From a virus: a stretch of DNA of 40,310 nt. The stretch covers positions 1-40,310 of the IMG/VR virus record IMGVR_UViG_3300043496_000020; one strand, 5' to 3'. The notes beneath the pieces were generated by a model that was not told where the DNA came from, made no database searches, and saw nothing but the letters and a program-made list of their open reading frames with translations. A program made the position numbers and the translations under genes. Of the stretch, positions 1-7,938 are shown one piece after another (the stretch's first letter is position 1; every line of letters starts with the position of its first letter).

Positions 1-127
1 CTGTCGGCGTGGGGCGTGCTCAACGCGGTCACCGCCCAGGCCCACGGCGCCGAGTACGATCGTGCGGTCGAGTTCGAGGCGGCCGGCGGCCAGCTCCTGA
101 CGCTCGATCGCAAGGAATGGTCGCGCA
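1..127. repeat. Terminal direct repeat, copy 1 of 2 (identical to 40184..40310). This is an assembly-style overlap implying a circular or circularly permuted genome of 40183 bp.
   Basis: Bases 1-127 (ctgtcggcgtggggcgtgctcaacgc...caaggaatggtcgcgca) recur exactly as the last 127 bases of the window. The repeat lies inside a reading frame, not in an intergenic terminus. Confidence 0.95.
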
Positions 128-144
128 TGCTGGAGGCAGCATGA
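1..144 (+). CDS. C-terminal 47 codons of the DUF932-family protein whose body is at 39288..40181, joined across the circular junction
   Basis: Frame 1 reads LSAWGVLNAVTAQAHGAEYDRAVEFEAAGGQLLTLDRKEWSRMLEAA*, with high third-position GC. The stop TGA at 142-144 is overlapped by the next ATG. The sequence fits the usual C-terminal end of DUF932 proteins as I recall it. Confidence 0.7.
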   Translation: MSAWGVLNAVTAQAHGAEYDRAVEFEAAGGQLLTLDRKEWSRMLEAA

Positions 145-290
145 TCTCGAGCCGAGTAGCCGACCAGATCAATGCGTGGCTGGCAGTTCTGCTGGTCTGG
201 ATCTGGATCGCCGGGGGTGTCGCCATTGGCGGCACCCTCATTCATTTGATCGATTGGCAGGCTCTGCTGAGCTGCCAGGGGAGGTTCTGA
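141..290 (+). CDS. Small membrane protein (49 aa, one TM helix)
   Basis: GGAGG at 132-136 lies 4 nt before ATG 141, with an ATGA overlap on the upstream stop. Product is MISSRVADQINAWLAVLLVWIWIAGGVAIGGTLIHLIDWQALLSCQGRF. This is an internal start within track ORF 9..290. Confidence 0.6.
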   Translation: MISSRVADQINAWLAVLLVWIWIAGGVAIGGTLIHLIDWQALLSCQGRF

Positions 291-373
291 TGGTGCCATC
301 TGAAATGTTGCTGTTGCTGTTGATCATCGCCGTCGGCATCGGCGGCGTGCTCAAGATCCTGGGGGTGTTCTGA
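290..373 (+). CDS. Tiny hydrophobic peptide (27 aa, one TM helix)
   Basis: GGGGAGG at 277-283 lies 6 nt before ATG 290, with a TGATG overlap. Product is MVPSEMLLLLLIIAVGIGGVLKILGVF. Confidence 0.45.
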   Translation: MVPSEMLLLLLIIAVGIGGVLKILGVF

Positions 374-579
374 TGCGGACAGATAGCCGCAAAGGCCGCA
401 CGGTCGTCATCGGCGGTGCGCGCGTCAACGTGCCGCCGCGCGTGCAGCTCAGGATCGAGGCGGCGCTGCTCAGCGCTGTCGCCGATCTGCGTCTGACGTG
501 GCCCGAAAAACCCGACGCCGAGATCCGCAAGGTCGCGGCCAATGTCATTTTTGCCTACCTGATGGAGCTTATGAAATGA
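373..579 (+). CDS. Hypothetical early protein (68 aa)
   Basis: Track ORF with TGATG coupling to the upstream gene and high third-position GC. Confidence 0.55.
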   Translation: MRTDSRKGRTVVIGGARVNVPPRVQLRIEAALLSAVADLRLTWPEKPDAEIRKVAANVIFAYLMELMK

Positions 580-788
580 GTGCCTGGAAACCCGAGCTGA
601 TGGTCCTCAACAGCGACAAATGGAGCCGCAACGCCCTGGCGTTCGCCACCGAGCAGGAAGCCACCGAGTGGGCGCACGACCGCTTCATGGTCTGGACCGC
701 CTGCGAGGAGTATCGCGCCGTCCAAGATCCCGACGCGGTCGCCACCCACAGCTACATCGGCCGCGAGCTGAAGCCACTACCGGCGTAG
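576..788 (+). CDS. Hypothetical early protein (70 aa)
   Basis: ATG 576 overlaps the upstream stop (ATGA). Product is MSAWKPELMVLNSDKW...; followed by the terminator at 822. Confidence 0.6.
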   Translation: MSAWKPELMVLNSDKWSRNALAFATEQEATEWAHDRFMVWTACEEYRAVQDPDAVATHSYIGRELKPLPA

Positions 789-821
789 CTGATCCCCCTC
801 GACGGGACTGCGCTTGCAGAG

Positions 822-855
822 CCACCGCCAGCCCCGCTGGCGGTGGTTTTTCTTT
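822..855 (+). terminator. Rho-independent terminator closing the early operon
   Basis: ccaccgccag (822-831) pairs with ctggcggtgg (837-846) around a ccccg loop, followed by tttttcttt. Confidence 0.8.
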
Positions 856-873
856 GGGTGTAGCGTCCGCGCC

Positions 874-2301
874 GTGCCAACCCAGGTGATCAACCGCTTC
901 GTGCCGCAACCTAGTCAGGTGCCGTTCATCACGTCGCCGGCCGACATAACCGTGTTCGGCGGCGCCCGAGGCGGCGGCAAGACCTACGCCAGCCTGGGCG
1001 ATTTCTGGCTGCACTCCGAGATGCACGGCCTGCACGCCAAGGGCCTGATGCTGCGCAAGACCCGCGAGGATCTGAAGGACACCATCGCCACCGGCGTGCA
1101 GCTATTCGGCAACGCGGCAGAGTGGCGCCAGCACGACGGCCAGTTCTTCCAGTTCAAGAGCGGTGCGCGGCTCTATATGGCCTACCTCGAGAACGAGCGC
1201 GACGCCGAGCACTACCAGGGCTGGTCGCTCAGCCGGGTCTACATCGAGGAGCTGACGCAGTTCATGTCGCTGGCGCCGATGATGAAGCTGCTGGCAACGC
1301 TGCGATCGCCGACCGGCATCCGCTGCCAGCTCAAAGCCACATGCAACCCTGGCGGTCCTTCCCACTTCGCGGTCAAGCAACTGTTCATCGACGGCGGCCC
1401 GTTCCGCATCATCACCGACGCCGAGACCAACATCACCAGGGTGTTCATTCCGTCGAAGGTCAGCGACAACCCGGCACTGCTCAGGAACGATCCCAACTAC
1501 ATCAACCGCCTCAAGGCGGTCGGCTCGCCGGCGCTCGTTCGCGCATGGCTGGAGGGCGACTGGGACATCGTCGAGGGCTCGTTCTTCCCTGAGTTCAACC
1601 GCGAAAAGCATGTCATCCAACCGTTCCCGGTGCCGAACGAATGGATCAAATTTCGATCGATGGACTGGGGCAGCTCGACGCCGTTCTCGATCGGCTGGTG
1701 GGCGGTCGTGCAGGACGATTTCGAGCACGACAACCGCATCATCCCGAGATCCGCGATCGTCCGCTATCGCGAATATTACGGCGCCATGCCTGGGCATAAC
1801 AATGTCGGCCTGAGGCTGACCGCCGAGGAGGTCGCCCGCGAGATCGTCAAGCGCGAGACCGACGAACGCGGGCATCGTGAATATGTCGCTTATGGCGTGC
1901 TCGACCCCGCCGCCTTCAACGTCGTTTCCGGCCCGTCGATCGGCGAGACGCTCGGCCGCGGCGGCGCCGTCTTCCGCCGCGCCGACAATACCCGCGTCAG
2001 CCGCGATCGCCGCATGGGCGGCTGGGATCAGCTCCGCAACCGGCTGAAGGGCGACCTGGACGGGCGGCCGATGATGTATATGTTCAGCCACTGCCACGAC
2101 CTGATACGGACGATCGGCATGATGCAGGCTGATGCTCACAATCCCGAGGATCTCGACACCGACGGCGAGGACCACGCTGTCGACGACGCCCGCTATGCCT
2201 GCATGAGCCGGCCGTTCACGATGCGCCAGGAGGCGATGCGCGACCGCAACCCGCTGCTGGTCGCCAACGCCTTCAACTACAAGAAACTGGGGATCGAGTG
2301 A
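874..2301 (+). CDS. terL: Terminase large subunit
   Basis: Walker A FGGARGGGKT, Walker B-like RVYIEE, nuclease-type MDWGSSTPFS and DHAVDDARYA. The track ORF starts at 814 but that start overlaps the terminator hairpin, so GTG 874 is preferred. The exact start is uncertain. Confidence 0.9.
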   Translation: MPTQVINRFVPQPSQVPFITSPADITVFGGARGGGKTYASLGDFWLHSEMHGLHAKGLMLRKTREDLKDTIATGVQLFGNAAEWRQHDGQFFQFKSGARLYMAYLENERDAEHYQGWSLSRVYIEELTQFMSLAPMMKLLATLRSPTGIRCQLKATCNPGGPSHFAVKQLFIDGGPFRIITDAETNITRVFIPSKVSDNPALLRNDPNYINRLKAVGSPALVRAWLEGDWDIVEGSFFPEFNREKHVIQPFPVPNEWIKFRSMDWGSSTPFSIGWWAVVQDDFEHDNRIIPRSAIVRYREYYGAMPGHNNVGLRLTAEEVAREIVKRETDERGHREYVAYGVLDPAAFNVVSGPSIGETLGRGGAVFRRADNTRVSRDRRMGGWDQLRNRLKGDLDGRPMMYMFSHCHDLIRTIGMMQADAHNPEDLDTDGEDHAVDDARYACMSRPFTMRQEAMRDRNPLLVANAFNYKKLGIE

Positions 2302-4679
2302 TGGCGACCGACTACGAGATCACCAAGCCAGCGGTCGACGCCCCACCGTCCGACATGGGCAAGCCCGACCAGCAGCCCCAGGAAAACGACCCCTATGCCG
2401 GTGTCGACGGTGTCGACAAAGCCTACTGGATCAGTTGCCTGGACGACGCCGAGCGCACCGAGAAGGAGTGGCGCGCCAGGGGCCGCGAGATCATCCAGAT
2501 CTACCGCAACGAGACCAGTGCCGGGAAATCCAAGAAGGCCGGCGGTGAGACGACATTCAATATTCTGTACTCGAACACCGAGGTGATGGCAGGGGCGATC
2601 TACCAGCACCCCGCCAAGCCACTGGTGCGGTCGCGCTTCACCAGCGTCGAGAAGATGACGCCGATGCCGCCGCCGATGCCGATGGGCATGCCTGGGATGA
2701 TGGCGCCACCGCCAGGGATGCCGCCGATCGGCGCCTTGCCCGGTGGTCCGCCTCCCGGCATGCCGCCCCTGGGTGCGGAGCCAGCAGCCCCGCCGCCGAT
2801 GGGGCCGCCGCCGATGGGTATGCCCCTAAGCCCGCCCATCGGCGGCCCAGGAATGCCGCCTGAGGGTGGCATGGGAGGACCGCTGGGCGACCTTGGAGGC
2901 GCGACGGCGCCGATGATGGGTGCACCCAGCGGTCCACCGCCGTTTATGATGGGTCAGCTCCCGGCCGGCCCGAGCAAGCCGCTGCAAAGCGACATCGAGA
3001 CCGCCGCCAGCGTCATGCAGAAGGCGCTCGAGGTCGTGCAGGAGGACGATGCGTCGTCCGAGGCGATCAAGATGGCGATCAAGGACGTTTTGCTCCCAGG
3101 CAGAGGTCTGTGCCGCGTCCGCTGGAAGCCGCAGATGGAGAAGCGGCCGAAAAAGCCCGAGCCTGGGGAAGGCCCCGAGCTCGGCGCCGAGCCGATCGCC
3201 GGCATGGGCGACAACGGCGGCCCGCCGATGGAGGACGTGAAGGTCTGGGAGGAGACCACCGACGAATACGTCTATTGGGAGGACTTCCTCTGCGATGCGA
3301 CCCGCGCCGCGTCCGACATGGACTGGATCGCGTTCCGGCATCTGTTCACCAAGGAACAGACCGAACAGGAGTTCGCGGGCTCGCCGCAATACGACAAGAT
3401 GAAGAGCGAGAACCGGCTCGGCGAGCTGTTCCGATGGACCGACGAATCGGCCGCCAAGGCGCCTGTCGGCGGCGGGCCGGCACTGAAGAGCGCGAGCAAG
3501 CTCGGCGACCACGTCAAGAAGATGATGGCGTGGGAGATCTGGAGCCGCGTCAGCCGCGAGGTGATCTGGTTCGTGCGCGACGCCGGTGGCGTCGTCATGC
3601 GCGTCGACCCCGACGCCTACCAGCTCACCGGCTTCTATCCGACGCCGATGCCGATACTCGCGGTGACGACCACCGACACCAGGATTCCGCGCCCCTACTA
3701 TGATCTCTACGCCAAGCTGGCCGGCGATCTCGACGAGACCAGCGCCCGCATCAGCGCCCTGACCAAGAAGATCAAGGCGCGCGGCGCCTACAATTCGGCG
3801 AGCCGCGACATCGCCGATCTGCTGACCGCCGACGACGGTAAAATGATCCCGGTCGACGGCGTCGACATGCTCAACGGCGGCCTCCAGAACCACATCTGGA
3901 TGGTGCCGATCGAGATCTATGTGCAGGCGCTCCAGCAGCTCTACATGGCACGCGATCAGATCAAGCAGGCGATCTACGAGATCATGGGCATCTCGGACAT
4001 CATGCGCGGCGCCACCAGGGCGACCGAGACGGCGACGGCGCAGCGCATCAAGGGCTCGATGGGCATGTCGCGCCTGGAGGATCAGAAGGCAGCGGCCGCA
4101 AATTTCGCGCGCGATCTCCTGCGCATCAAGGCCGAGATCATCTGCAAGAATTTCGACGCCGAAACGCTCAGCCAGATGACCGGCGAGGACATCACCCCCA
4201 GCGTGATGGCGATCCTGCGCTCCGACTTCATGCGGATCTGCGCGATCGACATCGAGACCGATTCCACTGTCGTGCCGGATCTCCAGGCCGAGCAGCAAGG
4301 CATCGCGATGGTCATGCAGGCCGTGCAGATGGTCATGCAGGGCATCCAGGGCATGCTGATGACCGGCCTGATGCCGCCACAGCAAACCATCCAGCTCGGG
4401 CTCGAGCTGCTCAAGATGAGCCTGCACCCGGTGCCGTACAGCCGCGGCGTCGTGCAGCTCATCAACGACTTCCAGGCTCAGGTGAAGGCGATGCCGCAAG
4501 GCATGCCGATGGTGCCGCCGCCGCCGCCAGGGCCGCCGCCGCCGCAGGGCGCCGGCGCACCGCCGAACAAGCCGGGGGTTCCCGGCGTCGGGCCGCCGCC
4601 AGGGCGGCCGAACATCCCGCCGTCGGGCGTTTCCCGCTCCAATGGCGGTCCTCCACCCGCACCGCAAATGAACATCTGA
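2298..4679 (+). CDS. Portal (podovirus-type head-to-tail connector) with two Pro/Gly/Met-rich low-complexity segments
   Basis: 793 aa, ATGA-coupled directly after terL. Size, position and general sequence character fit a portal. Low-complexity segments are at nt 2655-2975 and 4491-4676. Confidence 0.75.
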   Translation: MMATDYEITKPAVDAPPSDMGKPDQQPQENDPYAGVDGVDKAYWISCLDDAERTEKEWRARGREIIQIYRNETSAGKSKKAGGETTFNILYSNTEVMAGAIYQHPAKPLVRSRFTSVEKMTPMPPPMPMGMPGMMAPPPGMPPIGALPGGPPPGMPPLGAEPAAPPPMGPPPMGMPLSPPIGGPGMPPEGGMGGPLGDLGGATAPMMGAPSGPPPFMMGQLPAGPSKPLQSDIETAASVMQKALEVVQEDDASSEAIKMAIKDVLLPGRGLCRVRWKPQMEKRPKKPEPGEGPELGAEPIAGMGDNGGPPMEDVKVWEETTDEYVYWEDFLCDATRAASDMDWIAFRHLFTKEQTEQEFAGSPQYDKMKSENRLGELFRWTDESAAKAPVGGGPALKSASKLGDHVKKMMAWEIWSRVSREVIWFVRDAGGVVMRVDPDAYQLTGFYPTPMPILAVTTTDTRIPRPYYDLYAKLAGDLDETSARISALTKKIKARGAYNSASRDIADLLTADDGKMIPVDGVDMLNGGLQNHIWMVPIEIYVQALQQLYMARDQIKQAIYEIMGISDIMRGATRATETATAQRIKGSMGMSRLEDQKAAAANFARDLLRIKAEIICKNFDAETLSQMTGEDITPSVMAILRSDFMRICAIDIETDSTVVPDLQAEQQGIAMVMQAVQMVMQGIQGMLMTGLMPPQQTIQLGLELLKMSLHPVPYSRGVVQLINDFQAQVKAMPQGMPMVPPPPPGPPPPQGAGAPPNKPGVPGVGPPPGRPNIPPSGVSRSNGGPPPAPQMNI

Positions 4680-4689
4680 GGAGGCTCAT

Positions 4690-4917
4690 ATGGCCAAGCA
4701 TAAAGATCTCGACGAGGACGACGGCAGCCGCGGCTACACCAAGCCGGCGCCCAAGGAAGTGCCGACGGCGACGACCACCACCGGCCTGCCCGCCGACGCC
4801 TACCTGACCGAGCAGGAGAAGGGGCCGGCAGATCCCGTCACCCCTCCTGTCGACCCGGTGCCGGCCGAGGTGCTCGACATCGCCAGGACGCAGCCATATC
4901 CGACGGCTGACAGCTAA
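4690..4917 (+). CDS. Acidic, Pro/Thr-rich small protein (75 aa)
   Basis: Strong RBS gaggagg before ATG 4690; track ORF. Confidence 0.6.
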   Translation: MAKHKDLDEDDGSRGYTKPAPKEVPTATTTTGLPADAYLTEQEKGPADPVTPPVDPVPAEVLDIARTQPYPTADS

Positions 4918-4927
4918 GGAGGCTCCA

Positions 4928-5491
4928 ATGGGCCAGAGATACCCCAGCCCGATCACCGCTGCGATGGTGAAGCCGGCCTATGTGCCGGTCTTCACCTATG
5001 ACGGCGGCGTTTATGGTGACGATGTCTACCTCTCCAAATCGGCCGTGCTGGTCGATGACCGAGGCATCGGCGACTACACGCCGCGCAACCAGGACGACAA
5101 GGCCAAGCTGCCGGGGGCCGTGCCGCCAAATGCGGTCGCAGGCGATCCTGATTACGTGATGGCGGTTGATGTCACGGCACCGCGCGGCTGGATCGGGCCG
5201 AGAGATCCGTATTCGAAGGCAATGCCGGCGGCGCCGACGATCGCCAGCCTTGCACCGAACACGGCGGTGGCAGGCAGCCCTGGTCCGCTGACAGTGGTTG
5301 TCACCGGCACCAACTTCACCCAGTGGACTAAGCTGCAAATCGGCGGCGCCGATGCGCAGAACGTGCAGTACGCAAGCCCGACCAAGATGGTGGTGCTGAT
5401 GCATCCAGAGGTGTCGGTTCCCGGCACCATTACGTTCATCGCCTGGGATCACAGCGTGGCAAGCGGCGCGGTCAACTTCACGTACACCTGA
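4928..5491 (+). CDS. Protein with a C-terminal IPT/TIG-like Ig-fold domain; possible capsid decoration or surface protein
   Basis: RBS aaggagg. The C-terminal region PTIASLAPNTAVAGSPGPLTVVVTGTNFT...GTITF...VNFTYT matches the IPT/TIG pattern I recall. Confidence 0.55.
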   Translation: MGQRYPSPITAAMVKPAYVPVFTYDGGVYGDDVYLSKSAVLVDDRGIGDYTPRNQDDKAKLPGAVPPNAVAGDPDYVMAVDVTAPRGWIGPRDPYSKAMPAAPTIASLAPNTAVAGSPGPLTVVVTGTNFTQWTKLQIGGADAQNVQYASPTKMVVLMHPEVSVPGTITFIAWDHSVASGAVNFTYT

Positions 5492-5498
5492 GGCGTCA

Positions 5499-5521
5499 AA
5501 ATTCGCGGTTTTCGCGAATTT
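5499..5521 (+). terminator. Perfect 9-bp hairpin (aaattcgcg/cgcgaattt, loop gtttt) just after the IPT-domain gene; terminator-like or regulatory
   Basis: Seen in sequence. The T-run is only the 3-prime end of the stem, so terminator function is uncertain. Confidence 0.35.
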
Positions 5522-5699
5522 CAGGAGCTGCACTGTAGTGGGTTGGAGGGTGGATCTGGTGAGAGCGCGAGCGAGGAGCTGGCGCCAGGAAATGGTCGAT
5601 CGCCTGGAAGCCTTTGCCGGCTTGAATCCCCAGGCGATCGGCGTCGGCACCGGCCCGATAAGAGGCGGTGAATTCTGGGTCAACAATAGGAGAAAGCGC

Positions 5700-5918
5700 A
5701 TGAATATCGGTGAAGCGGTGCAGAGCCTCAAGGAGGGCCACAAGGTCTCTCGCGAAGGCTGGAACGGCAAGGGCATGTGGTTGGAGCTGCAAATCCCCGA
5801 CGCGCACTCGAAGATGTCGCTGCCTTACGTCTACATGTCGACGGCGCAGGGCGATCTGGTGCCGTGGCTGTGCTCGCAGACGGATCTGCTGGCCGATGAT
5901 TGGGGAGTGGTGCAATGA
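5700..5918 (+). CDS. DUF2829-family protein (Thoeris anti-defence Tad2-like)
   Basis: AGGAG at 5688-5692 lies 7 nt before ATG 5700. Product is MNIGEAVQSLKEGHKVSREGWNGKGMWLEL...PWLCSQTDLLADDWGVVQ. The GWNGKGM and SQTDLLA-DW motifs are typical of DUF2829 as I recall it. Confidence 0.75.
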   Translation: MNIGEAVQSLKEGHKVSREGWNGKGMWLELQIPDAHSKMSLPYVYMSTAQGDLVPWLCSQTDLLADDWGVVQ

Positions 5919-6136
5919 CCAAGGGCGAATATCGCGTCGGCATCAATTTCAACCCGAGCGGCAATGAGATGGTCGACGCCATCAAGCGCGTCGGCGCCGA
6001 GGCGATCGACTACATCGAGACCATCCCCGACCAGGGCGAGGGCGAGATCCGCCGCCTGAAGGCGCAGGCGCAGACCGAGATCGAGAGTGCCTGCCACTGG
6101 GCGGTCAAGGCGGCGACCAAGCGGCCGATGGAATGA
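5915..6136 (+). CDS. Small helical protein, candidate Acb2/Tad1-hairpin-like nucleotide sponge (73 aa)
   Basis: ATGA coupling to the upstream gene. Product is MTKGEYRVGINFNPSGNEMVDAIKRVGAEAIDYIE...RRLKAQAQTEIESACHWAVKAATKRPME. The YRVG-FNPSG start and the WAVKA C-terminal helix resemble the family as I remember it; not verified. Confidence 0.45.
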   Translation: MTKGEYRVGINFNPSGNEMVDAIKRVGAEAIDYIETIPDQGEGEIRRLKAQAQTEIESACHWAVKAATKRPME

Positions 6137-6396
6137 TCACGCCGCGCGACACGCGACCGCCTCTGGCGGTCGCGATCAATTTCGAGACCGGCCTGCCGAT
6201 CACCGAACGGCAGCAAGTACATCTCGACGCCATCCGCGAGACCGGCGAGCGGCTGCTCGAGGCAATGCACTATGCTGAGGGCTCGATCGAGCCTGGAGAG
6301 CATCAGGAACACGTTTTCCAGACGCCGCGCATGCGGCGCGCGGCCGAGATGATCGAGGTCGCAATCATATTGGCCAGGAAGGCAGCACTCGAATGA
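6133..6396 (+). CDS. Diverged paralogue of the 5915..6136 product (87 aa)
   Basis: ATGA coupling. Shares the INF-x-(S/T)G start, a D-A-I-(K/R) first helix and an A-x-x-x-I-E-x-A-x-x-x-A-(V/R)-K-A-A C-terminal helix with the upstream protein. Confidence 0.4.
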   Translation: MITPRDTRPPLAVAINFETGLPITERQQVHLDAIRETGERLLEAMHYAEGSIEPGEHQEHVFQTPRMRRAAEMIEVAIILARKAALE

Positions 6397-6459
6397 GCAA
6401 CCCGGTCACACTGCCGCACATCACGATGCTGCACACGAACATCGATGCCAGGAGCCGCA

Positions 6460-6750
6460 ATGAGCGTCTACGTGATGAGAAACGGGAAGCTGATCGCAAA
6501 GCGAGACGCACCACCGACGCAGACCAGCCGGTCGACTTATCCCTGCCCGATGATCTCTCGGATCGAGGCGTTTGAATCGCCGATCACGGGCAAGGAGATC
6601 ACATCCTGGCGCGACCGCGACAGGGACATGGACGCCGCCGGCGCCGTAGATCCTCGAGATCTGCCGCGCAAGCCGTTCGAACAGCGAAAGAAGAAACGCC
6701 ATGAGCGATCAATCATCGAAGCCGCCGCAGCCATCGCCAGCGACAGTTGA
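6460..6750 (+). CDS. Conserved-looking small protein (96 aa)
   Basis: AGGAG at 6450-6454 lies 5 nt before ATG 6460, with high third-position GC. Product is MSVYVMRNGKLIAKRD...SPITGKEITSWRDRDRDM.... The 3-prime end overlaps the scaffold start by 50 nt. Confidence 0.55.
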   Translation: MSVYVMRNGKLIAKRDAPPTQTSRSTYPCPMISRIEAFESPITGKEITSWRDRDRDMDAAGAVDPRDLPRKPFEQRKKKRHERSIIEAAAAIASDS

Positions 6751-7900
6751 ACCGGCACCCGCACCGCGCTCCGTCAGGGAGGTCGCCGAAGCGGTTTACG
6801 ACGAGCTGCTGGACAGTGACGCAGCCGCTGACGAAACCACCGAAACGCCACCCGTTGACGAAACCGTCAGAGCGCGTGATGCTAGTGGCCGCTTCGTTGC
6901 CAGGGAAACGGCAGCGGAGCCGGGAGAAGCAGACGCGGTCGCAAAGCCCGTCCCAGCCCCGCCAGAAGTTCAAACCAGTGAAGAAAAGCCCGCTCAACCA
7001 GCTCCCGAACAGGGGAAGAGCATTGAGCTGCCGCCACACTGGCCTGAGGCAGATCGCAAGACATTCGGGGAACTGACACCGGGCGGCAAAGAGCTGTTCG
7101 TTCGTCGCTATTCCGAGATGGAGCGCGATTACACTCAGAAAACGCAGGCCGCTGCGCAAGCAGTCACTTTCGTGCAGACGGTCGCGCCGATCTTCCAGCA
7201 TCCGCAAATGGTGGAATCGCTGAAAACGGCGCAAGCCAGCCCGTCCGAGGCTATCGACCAATGGGCGCGCTTCCACCTGGGGATCATGCATCCAGATCCC
7301 CGCGTCAGGCTTGCCACCGTCCAGGAGATCGCGCGACGGGCGCAAATTGACCCAGCTACAGCGGCCCCAGGTCAGTCGGGCGCGCCGGCTCTCACAGCGG
7401 AAGAGCTCAAGCACCCGGCTATTCGTTTTCTCGCCGACACGCTCAGCAGAACGACACAGGAGCAACAGGCTTTACGCAGCCAATTTCAGGCGATGGTCAA
7501 CCAGCAGCAAGCCGAGAGGCAGACTGCTGTCCAAGGGGCGACGGAAGACTACGTCAATTCATTCGCTGAAGCGGTCGACGGCCAGGGGCGCAAGCTCCAT
7601 CCATATTTCGACCGCGTCATCGAGGAACTGAAAGAGTTGTTCCAGGCCAATCCCAAGCGGGACATGGCCGACGCCTACAAACGGGCATGTCGCATGAACG
7701 ACGCGGTCTACGAGGAGATGCAGCAAGCTGGGAGGCTCACCGCCGAGCAGCACGCCGCCAACCAAAGAGCCGCATTGGCTGCCAAGGGCAACATTCGCGG
7801 TCGGACGGCACCCGTCTCGACCACAGCGAATGGAGCCGGTGAAAAGAAGAGCCTGCGCGCTACCCTGGAAGCGGCTGCCGACGAGGCCGGCATCAATTAA
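6701..7900 (+). CDS. Scaffolding protein (putative)
   Basis: 399 aa, Ala/Glu/Gln-rich and apparently helical, located immediately upstream of the major capsid gene. Confidence 0.6.
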   Translation: MSDQSSKPPQPSPATVEPAPAPRSVREVAEAVYDELLDSDAAADETTETPPVDETVRARDASGRFVARETAAEPGEADAVAKPVPAPPEVQTSEEKPAQPAPEQGKSIELPPHWPEADRKTFGELTPGGKELFVRRYSEMERDYTQKTQAAAQAVTFVQTVAPIFQHPQMVESLKTAQASPSEAIDQWARFHLGIMHPDPRVRLATVQEIARRAQIDPATAAPGQSGAPALTAEELKHPAIRFLADTLSRTTQEQQALRSQFQAMVNQQQAERQTAVQGATEDYVNSFAEAVDGQGRKLHPYFDRVIEELKELFQANPKRDMADAYKRACRMNDAVYEEMQQAGRLTAEQHAANQRAALAAKGNIRGRTAPVSTTANGAGEKKSLRATLEAAADEAGIN

Positions 7901-7938
7901 TCGGGAGCCTGGAAGAGGCTCCCTGACAGGAGCCTAAC

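Noticed and set aside
1-127. The 127-bp end repeat considered as a genuine T7-style direct terminal repeat
   Set aside because: It lies inside the DUF932 coding sequence rather than in a non-coding terminus. Its length equals a commonly used maximal assembler k-mer, so it is more likely a circularisation overlap. Read-start analysis is needed to be sure.
814-873. N-terminal extension of terL from ATG 814
   Set aside because: It would be translated through the stem-loop and T-run of the early-operon terminator. It encodes RWRWFFFGCSV, which simply mirrors the hairpin, so the downstream GTG 874 is preferred.
5529-5537. The 9-mer TGCACTGTA is shared between the spacer upstream of the sponge island (5529) and the 25830 palindrome region
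   Set aside because: A single shared 9-mer is roughly what chance predicts for 80 kb of two-strand sequence. The flanks do not match.
5538-5699. 54-codon N-terminal extension of the DUF2829 gene (track ORF 5538..5918)
   Set aside because: DUF2829 proteins normally begin right at the M-x-(F/I)-G-E-A motif, and ATG 5700 has an AGGAG at ideal spacing. The extension has fair third-position GC, so it is not fully excluded.
6393-6575. 60-aa ORF ATGA-coupled to the upstream gene and overlapping the 6460 gene
   Set aside because: Third-position GC drops to about 50 percent once it overlaps the 6460 frame, which has an RBS and strong bias. At most it is a short coupling ORF.
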